A stretch of DNA of 64,000 nt, taken from Lepidodermella squamata (lineage: Eukaryota; Animalia; Gastrotricha). Of the stretch, positions 50,801 to 61,627 are shown one piece after another. Every line of letters starts with the position of its first letter. The stretch's first letter is position 1. The position numbers and the translations under genes are program-made. The notes below the pieces were generated by a model. The model was not told the DNA's origin, searched no databases, and worked only from the letters and a program-made list of their open reading frames with translations. The stretch is taken from the NCBI GenBank assembly GCA_047495785.1, contig JBLDXI010000025.1, forward strand, positions 1,736,001 to 1,800,000. Reading direction: 5' to 3'.

Positions 50801-51365
50801 AATTTAATTTAAAAACCCGCCTTTTCAAAAAAAATTAGACTAGAAAATGAAGAACAAACCTCCTTTTGCAGCCAATTGATTTCTATTCTGAGCATTTCTT
50901 TGTGACGAAGAATGCATCCCTCGCAGAAAGAAACGTCGCAATGAGGACATTTCACCTTCTTAGAAACAAAGGAATGAGGGCACACCTCGAACGGCTGCTT
51001 TTCTCTAGGTATTGTCTGGTTATATTGATCGATCGCTTTCTGAAGTGAAACATCGTCCATGAGAGCTGAAAAAATTGGTTCGAAAATTGTGAATAAAATT
51101 TATTTAGTTATCTACCCCGAACGCCATCTGTCGGATCCAACGGGCTGAGAGTACGGCATTCTGGACATGCTATACCCGACCAATCCCGCGTATTTTCAGC
51201 GACGGAAATCAAGCATCTCTGGCAGAATGTATGGCCGCAATTCGGCAGGATTTTTGGCAACAAATATTGCTCATAACAAATGGAACAGTTGAACGGGTTA
51301 TCAGGACTACTGTGACCTGTTGCCGACTTCATTTCACGCATGAACTGCGTGCGATTTTCGGCCAT
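44851..51365 (-). CDS. TRIM-like RING-Bbox-coiled-coil-ankyrin protein, gene C
   Basis: RING exon 51365-~51116, B-box exon ~51065-50860, helical exon 46469-46095, ankyrin exon ~46041-44851; phase-0 intron 46470-50859. Confidence 0.8.
46840..47030 (+). mobile_element. pogo/Tigger (CENP-B-like) transposase fragment
   Basis: FKASNGWLDNLKK...IHGE...LIIENGFQLDELYNF. Confidence 0.75.
47025..47092. repeat. Perfect 27-bp inverted repeat with a 14-nt spacer
   Basis: TTTTGAATTATTAGAAAAAGCGAATGG ... CCATTCGCTTTTTCTAATAATTCAAAA. Confidence 0.85.
49400..50250 (+). mobile_element. Possible NOF-FB/MULE-like transposase remnant
   Basis: PRAFTIDCCYAEMNAILMSF...KYL...LFLCFNHLI resembles the D...CxxH signature of MULE-family transposases. 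Confidence 0.4.
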
Positions 51366-51458
51366 TTTTCATCAGATTATAAACGATTTTCTAAAATGCA
51401 AACAAATTAGATAACAAAATAATTCATAAATTGCTATAAATTGCTAAACATAAAGCCT

Positions 51459-53717
51459 CTATAATGTTGGGATCGCGGAATTCGAATTAAGAATTTCTCG
51501 AAAATTCGTCAATCCTTCTTGGAAGAATTTGCGGTTACGCAAGCAGACCTTGGCAAAACGATAATCCATCATAACGAATCGACCCAGAAGAATTCCAGCG
51601 GACAATAATTTTTCGGGACTACTCCCGTAAGGTTTAGAAAATAGGTAATCGGCGAGATGCCTCATCGCTTTTACATACAAATCCATCATCGTTTTCTCCC
51701 TGGCAACCAGCCGAGCTCTTGCTTTCGTTAAAAACGGTTTTTGATCGGAAATAATAGCGGCAAGAATGAAGACAGGATGAATATCAACGGAATATTCGAT
51801 AGGCCTATCCGCTAATTCAGATAAGGAATCGCGATACAAACTCACGATAAAGTTTGAATCGAGCAGATTCAATCTGAGATGGTCCTTTGAAGCAACCGAT
51901 CTTAAAAATATGCTGATGAAATTATTCATCATTTTGGTACTAATACCCTGCACCATTATCAAATAGAACATTGTCAACGGATCGTCGAACCGATTGACAA
52001 ATTTCGATACCAACAATGTCGAATCTCGACGAGCAAGGCGAGTTAAAGTTTGCAGGGAAAACGTAATCGCATCTCGATGTGCCTGCTTGATCTTGATGAG
52101 ATAAATCAGGGATTTGATGAAATCATCGACAAATTCTTTACAAGGACAAAGAATTTGATCGAACTCGCGGTCGCCAATAGCCATAATTAAGTCGTCAATT
52201 ACTTCGATTAAACAGTTCCCATTCAAAACTTCGTGGCGATGAGGACAGATGGCCATTCCGAGGACAAATGAGGCTATCCAAGTGAACAAAATAATAATGG
52301 AAACAGTAATATTAGGACATCTTCGAACAAAATCGTCTCGGCATAGAAGGTCGTAAAGCTTTCGAAACAGGAAGACATAGTGTTCAATTAGGCTCTGTGA
52401 AAACAGCGGGAGCAACGGCTTCTTTAGGCACACACTTTTCCAGCCGTTGAAGTCAGCGGCGAAAATTGCTAGAAATTCGCTCAGCATTTGGGATTTTACG
52501 GGGTCTGGTAGTTCGAAAAATGAGGCAAAGAACTGCTTATTCTCACTCGCATTCGCCATGCTGCGAACTAGAAAATGATTCGGCTGATTATCGGCATCAA
52601 AATAAGTCTCCGCGGGGTCAAGCTCGCAATCCAGTTTCGATACATTAAGGAGCGTTCGCAGATGAGTAACAAAGTCAGCTTCCGGCCAGCTGTCTGAGTA
52701 CCTGGTAAATAAAAAAACGTCTTTGGCGACATTTTTATGGAATTTTGATTTTCCCAGTCAAAAAATGATAAATTTGAAGCTTCACATCAAAACCTACCAG
52801 AAAAGCTGGGCAAAATTATTGGAGGGCTAAAGGATCCATTTCATTCAAATATTCAAGCCCTGATTTTACTCGTTAGTGGTAAAATAAACATACGAAATAG
52901 CTTCAGATTCCGATGGCGAATTCAATTCTATAGCCAGGCACCAATTTTCCCATAGGCTTCTGATCGAATTTTTTTGAAGCCTCGCAAGTTTCGCCGGCTG
53001 ATGTAGAAGAAAATCACCGAAAGATTTAACAAAATTGGGAAATAATTCCAAGCTTTCGGTCTCTCTCAGCATATCGGTGAACGCCTGAAGGATCAGCAAC
53101 TCCAAAACAGTCAAATTCTCGCCTTTACTCATGAGGCTAGAGATAAAGGGCGAATTAACCATGGGTATCTCACTGACGAGAAAGTCAAAAGAAGACACGT
53201 CAACATCATACTCAGCATCAGTCGTCAATAAGTGGGATATGAAGCAGATTTGAAATATCAATTCACGAGGCTCCTCCGATGGGAAACTCTTCACGAATTT
53301 TATCATATCCGAATCGCTGCACCATTCCTGGGTCTCAAGGTTTAGCAAATGAGAAACCTGAAATTCCTCTGATTTCGAACTTGGTTTATTCTGCATGAAA
53401 AACAGGAATAAGAATTTGTTCATGCGGCGATGCTTTTCACTATCCAGCCATTTTTCGGCGATTACAGGCACGCCTATTGCATCGAAATCGCCTCGAATAT
53501 CGGCAGCCTCGAAGAAAAGGTCAAACGCCTTGGATGAGTCCGACTGCTGCAGGGCTTCAGCTTGAAGAAGATCAGCCTTTTCATTTCGTTCCCGCATTGA
53601 CATTGAACTGTCGCATTCCATCGCTAAACGGCGCAAAGTCGCGTAGAACTGAGTAGATCGCTCAACACCTGGATTCGAACGGAACCATAATATGCGTTTT
53701 GCCTCAGGCACAACCAT
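51459..53717 (-). CDS. Unknown ~690-aa predominantly helical protein, X1
   Basis: Exons 53717-52894 and 52702-51459 splice in frame (ISYSDSWPEADFVTHL); conserved with X2-X4; no domain recognised. Confidence 0.8.
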
Positions 53718-54279
53718 AATTTCAATAGAATATCTGCAACTTCTAAATCTTAAGAATACAATTTTTTATTCAATGACCGGAAACAGAACATTATAATCAT
53801 AACGGTAATCCTAAAATAAGTTTCTTCAACAAAAGGCAATGTGCCTGAATTTCAGTAGAATTTCCATAGCAAGCGTAGAAGATTCAAATCGTGATGACAA
53901 TGACAGCCCCTTTGACAAGTTGCCGCTTCGAGATGCTCCGGGGATCTAAAGAAAGTATACATAATCATATAATTCTGAACATAAATCAATGACTAAGATT
54001 TAGTAGTTACTATTTCTCTTTCAGATTAAACGAAAATAAATAGGCAAGTCCTAACGTCCTTTGACACGGCAATATCCGATGTCGATGACTTTTTTTTATC
54101 ACGGATAAAACCCGCGTGGAACGGATAAAACACTTTTGTAAATTCAAATACATACTTTATACGACGTAATTCTCAGCGAAATCTTGATACTGGCGAAATT
54201 TAGAGAACTCGGTAAATTTAAGCCCACAAGGGCTACGAGAATATATCGCCTATATTTCAAGGGTCTTCTTAACCTTTTC

Positions 54280-54926
54280 CAAGGTGGAAAGCGATACAAA
54301 TGGCAGCCAAAAATGAAAGTAAGTACCCAGTTGGCTAAAAAAACCCGCTCAGGGGCAGCGATGTTGTTGTCGAGCTACACTACGCTCAAGCAGGCTGGGA
54401 ACTACGAATATTGGGACACCTGCTTTCATTCCACAAAAATTCTCGAGCGTGTTAAGCGGCCCAAGAAATCGAAAAAAAACCAAAAAGATAAGCCGGAATT
54501 GGTTCAGCGCCGAATGAAATATTCACGCTTGAAGGTGCATCGTCAACTGGCTAGTTGCGAATTAGCACATACCAGAAGATTCGAAGCTAACCAGTCTGTT
54601 GAAAGAAGTGACAACAGACGTCTTTATCGAAACGAAACTCGAAGCCGAGCAGGGTGGCCGATCGACACAATCGAAAGGGCCGTGATATCGACGGCGACAT
54701 GCTAAATGCAGAGGTATTTCTTCACTGGAACGGCCCGAATCCAGTCGGCAGGAGTGCTGATATTCTGATACGGAAGGCCTTGGATCGCCATTTTGCCAAT
54801 CAACCTGGCTGGCATTTTGTGCGAAAGTCGAACGGCGATCGCCTAAAGACCCGCACGTTCAGCGAGGTGGTTGACCGAATTTTAAAAGAAGAGGGACATA
54901 TCGAATTCCCTATCCCAGAGAACTAA
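54280..54926 (+). mobile_element. Possible hAT-like transposase C-terminal remnant
   Basis: Broken frames ending in R.IDGDMLNAEVFLHWNGP...LIRKALDRHF. Confidence 0.4.
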
Positions 54927-54956
54927 ACATTCTTCTGCACAGAGAAAGTGATTGGC

Positions 54957-55480
54957 AAAGTGGTCGAATTTCCAAAAAATTGGGAAGCTGACAGCGCTTG
55001 GGGGGGATTAGCGGAAGATCGGAATCGCAGAACTGACCTCGGATTCGGAATCAGCGCGAAATTTTGACCAATAACATGTGTTGCACGAACAATTTCCGGC
55101 ATTTTTTCAGGGTGCAATAAATTTTATTACCACAGGTAATTACCGGTAATTAGTATGGCTCCTGATGACTGTCGAATTTCCGGAAAATAATGATGCCATC
55201 GTGATCAGCGACCTTCCTTCCCCTTGGAACCCTCAAAGACACCGTTAATTGCTGATAGGAAATCAGCGTAATTTCTCAAGAAACTTGTCCAGATTGCGGC
55301 AGGGATGAAAATAAGTAGAAATCCAGCTCATTTGAGGAAAACTGGGAACCGCGGGTTAGGGAACAGGAATATTGGGAAATTAGACCGATTTCTTATCAGC
55401 AATTACCGGTGTCCTTGAGGGCTAATCCCCCCAAGCGCTGTCAGCTTCCCAATTTTTTGGAAATTCGAGCACTTTGAGGG
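54957..55480. repeat. Nested inverted repeats (foldback/MITE-like)
   Basis: Outer arms ~54957-55010 and ~55420-55476; inner arms ~55230-55280 and ~55370-55420 (CCCTCAA...TTGAGGG). Confidence 0.75.
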
Positions 55481-55999
55481 AAAAGTTAATTTTCGGAATT
55501 TTGATGATGCGAGATGAAAGAACTAATAAATAACCCATTATTACTCAGTTGTCACATTTCTCAACGTAATTTTGACAATGATTAAGTGAAAATCATGATT
55601 TGAAAAATTTGAAAAATTTCCCAAATCTTCCGCTACCGCTGATACCGTGATAGGACAATATTTGCCGGGCTGAAGAAAACCGCTCGAGCCAAATTTGCTC
55701 ATGATATGGAATTGCCTATGAAATACTATCGCCACCTCGATGAACTAGCCCCAAAGAGCCGAACATTTACGGGCTGAAAGTGTCGCTACAACTTTATCTT
55801 CGTCTGAGATTGACGGCCAAGCACATAAAAGCCCAGACTAAGCAACCTCAAAAGTTCAACATAGCAAAACATGTATCGTAGTATGTGATCTCCGGCCATG
55901 GCCAGGTCTACAATCGCCACCATGTAGGTAAACCCCTGCTGGTTGGCTATACACTGAAGCTGAAAAGAGCGATGGCCCCGCTACACTAGTGGTTACGTC

Positions 56000-57262
56000 T
56001 TCCTTTACAACACGTCGCCGATCAGTTACTGGCCACTGTCGGCATCGTGTACCAGTCTACGCCGACAGTGTACCGGAGTTGCTACGCCGCTTGCGCCTCG
56101 TCTTCGAGCGTTTCCGCGATTTTCGAGTCAGCGTGTCCACAGCCAAGTGCGAACTCGCCCGTCCGGAGATCAAATTTCTGGGCCGCCGCCTCCAGTCCGC
56201 CTCCAGTGTCTCGCCTGGCCCCAGCGGCGTTGAGGATATCGCGAATTTCCCTCGTCCGAACTGCCGCCGCGACGTGCGTTCCTTTCTGGGGGTTGTGCAA
56301 CTTCCTGCGCGCCCTTTGGCCGGACTTCACCACGATCGCCGCCCCGCTGTCCGCTCTTACCTCGACTGCCGTGGCTTTCACCTGGTCTGCTGAGTGTGAA
56401 TGCTCGTTCTTAGCCTTATAGGCCGCGTTCCAGCAGCCGGGTGTTCTCGTCTACCCGGACTTCGATCGGCCGTTCAAGGTCATGTGCGATGCCTCCGACA
56501 TTGGCCTCGGCTGCCTGCTGATGCAGACTGGTGATGACGGTCTCGACCGGCTGGCGCACAGTCGCCTGCTTTCGCCCGCCGGGCGGAAGTACCCAGCTCT
56601 CAATAAAGAGTGTCTTGCGATCGTGTTTTCGTGTGAACGTTTCCGCGAATACCTGCTTGGCACCAGATTTGTCCTCGAAACCGATCACAAGGCGCTCCAG
56701 ACCCTCTGCGATCCCAACAAGCGTGTCTGGCGTTGGCTGGAAATGCTCGGCGACTACCAGTTCTGGTCCACCGTCCCGGTCGCCTCAACCTCGCCGACGG
56801 CCTCTCGCGGCCCTCCGTTGAGCTACACCTCCGACGACAGCACTTCAGCCGACGTGGCCTACGCCGCCTCGCTGTTGGCGGCCGACTCGTTCCGTCTCGA
56901 CCCCGCTGCCCTTCACGGCGCCCAGTTAGCCGACCCCGATCTCGGCCCCGTGCTACGACACTTGGACCTCGGCGAACCTCTGATTCAACCGCTCTCGGCC
57001 GGTTCAGCACGTCTCCCACAGCTGCGGGACACGATCTCGAAGGACGAAGCGGGCGTGTTCTACATGTCCGTGTCGGACCGCTTGTTCCCTCGGTTGTGCC
57101 TCATCTTACCCGCCGTCTACGTGCCGGAGGTCATCAGTGCTGCCCACGACGCGCCCGCCGCGGGTCACCTCGGCCGGGTCAAGACGCTCGAGCGCGTGAG
57201 AGACCACGTCTGGTTCCCCGGCTGCTTCAGCGATGTTCTACGATACTACCGCGAATGTCACA
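56000..57262 (+). mobile_element. Ty3/Gypsy pol fragment (RT, RNase H, integrase zinc finger)
   Basis: AKCELARPEIKFLG, DVRSFLG, CDASDIGLG, ECLAIVF, TDHKAL, AHD...GHLGRVKT...RECHT; stop and frameshifts; GC-rich. Confidence 0.92.
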
Positions 57263-57618
57263 CCTCTTCATCTCGTTCTTTACCGTTTTCAATGCAAAGG
57301 ACTGTTACTTATTCACGAGAATTCTGTCCTTCATTCCCCGTCATCAATATTAACCTGACTTGAAAGTATCAAATATTTACTTACCCGACTTTACGAGGCC
57401 AGTGCGATCTATTGATGTGTGATTCATCGTCAAGGCTGAATAATCGCCCATTTTTTAACGGTAGGCAAGCAGCAGGCAGGTAAGCTTTCCGACCACAGGC
57501 GTCAGAGAGTCATATCCATTTTCGGCTATTTTTCATTGAATTTATTAATTTTCTACAAAATGAATAAAGGGAACTCTGAAAATTAATTAATTGTAAAATC
57601 AGATAAAAAATACAGGCT

Positions 57619-60310
57619 CTATGACTCTGCGATGGCACAAGTCGAATTGAGAATTTCTCGAAAAACTGCAGTTGCCTCGCGAAAGATTTTGCGGTTACGC
57701 AGGCATACCTTTGCAAAACGCGAATCTAACATAACAAATCGACCCAGAAGGGTTCCAACGGCCAACAAGCTCCCAGAATTGCCCCCATGCGGTTTTGACA
57801 ACAAATAGTCCGCAAAATGAGACATAATTTTTTCATAATAGTCAATCATAGTTTTTTCACCAGCCAACAAACGAGCTCGTGCTCTTGTTAAGAACGGTTT
57901 TTTATCAGAAATAATCGCGTCAAGGATGAAGACAGGGTAAAAGGAGTCTCCGATGGGCTTGTCTGCTAATTCAATCAGTATATCTCGATATAAACTCGCG
58001 ATGAAGTTGGAATCAAGCAAATCTCGTTGGTATCGCGAGTAAAGGTGCCAAGTGCATTTTTCATAATTTTCCAGGAGACGAAAAAAACGTGTTTATTCCA
58101 AATTGATCCGGTATTTTTTCTCATGGCTTGGAACCCGGCGGTATTATGGGGCGAGAAATGCGATGGCATGGTTCGTTTCACGTGAAAATTGCTTCCGCGT
58201 GAGATCAGGTGTACTTGGCACCTTTAACCAAAATACGCATGCAAAAAACGATGACGCAACAATGCATCACACACTAAAAAATAATTTTAAACCCGAATGC
58301 AATAAATTTGCTCATTTTTAGTTAGTTTCCAGCATGAATTCGACCATTATTTTATGATTTCGCGATGAATTTTTTTACATAGTTCGATTCAGAAGGCTAA
58401 TGCGATCATTTTGGTGTAAATTTTTTGTAATTCGGATGAAATTTGCACTTGGCACCTTTGACTTCCGAAGGGTATTTTGAGAAACGGAGGTCACCATTCG
58501 ATCGGCCGTATCAACTTAAGTAAGAATCCATCATAAAAACGTTTTCCGAAAAAATGTCACTTGGCACCTTTACTCGCGATACCGACGATCTAATCGATGC
58601 CGTTCAACCGACGCGATTGACCTCAAAAAAATGGCGATGAAACGTTGAATCAAATTAGTGTTCAATCCTTGCGCCATTAACATTTTGAACATGATCGACG
58701 GACTTTCAAATCGATCTGCAAATCTTGATACCAGCAATGTAGAATCTTGACGCGCCAGACATGTAAAAAATTCCAGGGAAAACACAGTCACTTCTCGATG
58801 GACTTGGGATGGTTTCATGTTTACGAGAGCAACCAATGATTCAATGAAATCCTCCACGAATTCTTTGCAGAGAAGTAGAATACCTGTCAAATCATGAGTT
58901 GCAATGGCCCCAATCAAGTTCTTGGCCAAACCGATCAACATGTTTGCGTTCAGAACGCTATGAAGCAGTGGTTTGATAACCCACTTCAGTACGAACGAAG
59001 CTATCCACGTAAACAGAATTATGATGGCCACTGAAACATTTGGGCACCTTCGAGAAAATCCGTCTTTACACATGGGCTCGCAAATCTGCAAGAACACCTT
59101 CACATAGCATTCAATCAAGTCCTGCGAAAAAGAAGTATGCAGCTTTTGCTCGTAGGTACTTTTCCAGCCGTTAAAATCTGCAGCGAAAAATGCGAGAAAT
59201 TCGGTCATCATTTGAGATTTGGTGGCGTCTGGAAGTTCGAAAAATGAGGCAAAGAACTGGCTTTTTTCAGAAGCCATTGCCATGCTATGCAGCAGGAAAT
59301 TATTTCTCCCATATTCGCAACAAGGAGCATCTGCTTCGTAGTCAATCTTAGAAGCGTTGAACAAAGTTCTCAGATGAGTAACAAAATCAGCTCGAGGCCA
59401 ATGATCAGTATACCTGAATTTCAAATTTTAATGAAAATGTTTTAATAATTCAAATAACTCACGATTCAGATGCAGAGTCTGCTTCTGCAGTCGAGGCACA
59501 GTCAAAGCATGCCGAACACCAATTTTCCCACAAGCCCCTTATAGAATTTGTATTGAACCAAGCAAGCTTCCCCGGCTGTTTGAGAAGATACTCACCGAAA
59601 GATCTGGCAAACTCTGGGTGGAATGTGAACATTCCTACAGAGGCTAGCATTCTCATTAGTGCCTGAAGAGTGAACAATTCCAGAGTATTCAGAGCCTCGC
59701 CCTTTGACAAAAGGTTTTGAAGAAAAGGCGAAGCCATGATTGCTTTCTCGCTGGCAAGATTGAAAAATGCATCATCGTAATATTTTGAATCTGCGTCATT
59801 CAATATCTGGGAAAGGGTGCAAGTTTCGAAAATCACAGTACGAGCCACATCAGATGACGGGAAACTTTGAGCAAATTGTTTCATATCGACATACTCGAAT
59901 AATTGTAATTTCACCTCTTCATACAAATCAGAGGTTTTCGAGGAATATTCAACTCCGAATTCGCCATTTGAAATAAACTTTTGGTCCGTAAAGGCGAGAA
60001 GTATAGCTGATTCTATATCCCCGGTGTCTGCGGTGAATATGAATTTCGAGACGAGATGTGCCGCAACATTAGCATCGAAGTCCCCACGAATATCCGCAGC
60101 CTCGAAGAACATATCGAATGCCTTCGAGGGGTCTGGCTCCTCAAATGCTTTGGCTTGAAGGATGTCTGCTTTCTGTATTCGTTCACTCATCGGCATGGAC
60201 TTGTCGCATTCAATTGCTAGACGGCGCAAGGTGGCATAAAACTGAACAGATCGGTCAACGGTTTGATTCGAACGAAACCACAATACACGCTTCGCTTCAG
60301 GGACAACCAT
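57619..60310 (-). pseudogene. X2, paralog of X1, interrupted by a MITE
   Basis: Exons 60310-59463 and 59412-57619; removing the insertion restores RHRLDLLDSNF. Confidence 0.8.
58025..58587. mobile_element. 563-bp MITE with a 4-bp TSD
   Basis: TIR CGT(T/C)GGTATCGCGAGTAAAGGTGCCAAGTG; TSD ATCT at 58021-58024 and 58588-58591; internal copies of ACTTGGCACCTTT. Confidence 0.88.
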
Positions 60311-60662
60311 ACTGATAATACAATTCTAATTCGATGAAAATATGAAAATTGAGCAAAATATATTTTTCCGGAAATTTATTCCAGAAATTGGCACAAAATT
60401 GAACACTGCACGAAAGTAACTCCAATAATTCGGGTGTAAAGTCATGATTTTCTGGAAGCAGTGACTGAGCATTTACAGAGTTTGAGAATATTTTCCTCGA
60501 TAATTCTAACCTGCTCATTTCAAAATAATGAGTAATCAGAAGTTGAACTTTGTCTCGCTTTGACTTGTGAAAAGATTGGACAATGCTTATAAAGCGAATA
60601 GAAAGCTGTAAGATCAAGCGGGAATTGAGCCGGTGTAGAGGACGAATTCACGAAAAGCTAGC

Positions 60663-61205
60663 TCATAGCACTGCTTCCCGAAATGTACTGCGGTGTTGCA
60701 AGCAAATTTTCGCGAAACGAGGATCCATAATTACTAGTCGACCCAGAAGAGTTCCAGCAATCAATAATTTTTCAAAATCGCGTCCATCCGAATTCGACAC
60801 CAGGTAGCTAGACATTTTTTCTAGTATTTTTCCGTAATTATCAATCATCATTTTCTCTCCAGCCGCTAAGCGAGCTTTTGCTCGAGTTAAAAAAGGTTTT
60901 CGATCAGAAATGATTGCTTCGAGAATAGCAACGGAGTAAAAAGACTATTCAACAGGCATCTGTGTCAATTCAATCAACGAATCGCGATAGAATTTTGCGA
61001 TGTAAGTGGAATCAAGAAGGCTCAATCGGAGTTGTTCTTTTAAAGCAATCGACCTCAAAAATATGTTGATAAAGCCTTTCATTGAACCACAATTCAATCC
61101 CTTGGCACTTATCATTTTGAACATGACCAAAGGGCTGTCGAATCGACAAAGAAATTTTGAGACCAATAGTGTTGAGTCTTGTCGGGCGAGACGTGCCAAA
61201 ATCAC
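60663..61205 (-). pseudogene. X3, 5'-truncated paralog with an in-frame stop
   Basis: LARQDSTLLVSKF...MPVE*SFYSV...GTLLGRLVIMDPRFAK aligns to the X1/X2 C-terminus. Confidence 0.8.
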
Positions 61206-61436
61206 GTCGGGCGAGAAGTGCACCACAAGATGGCACCATAAGATCTCTTGCACATAAAACCAAGTCGAATTCGAAGGGGTTATTACGAGTTACATAGCAA
61301 ATGTAAATTGAACGGGAAATTGTTTGGAAATTTGGCTATCAATCATTCTAAACAAGTTCTCGGTAACAATTGATGAGTGAGAATAGAAGTGGAAAGTAAA
61401 GCTGCAATCAGGTTTGCATTGAGCTGGCGGAGTTTA

Positions 61437-61627
61437 TCAATTTTCGAAAACCAGCATTGCTTCTCGGAAGATGATGCGATTGCACAAACAAACGTTTGCG
61501 AAGCGAGAATCCATGTGAACGAATCGACCAAGAAAAGTTCTAGTAAACAATAATTTTTCCAAATTCCTTCCGCGCGGTTTTGACACCAGGTAATCCTCAA
61601 CATTTTCAAGTATTTCTCCGAAATTAT
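61437..61627 (-). pseudogene. X4 C-terminal fragment cut by the copia LTR
   Basis: NFGEILENVEDYLVSKPRG...FLGRFVHMDSRFANVCL; homology ends at the LTR's TGTTG. Confidence 0.75.
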
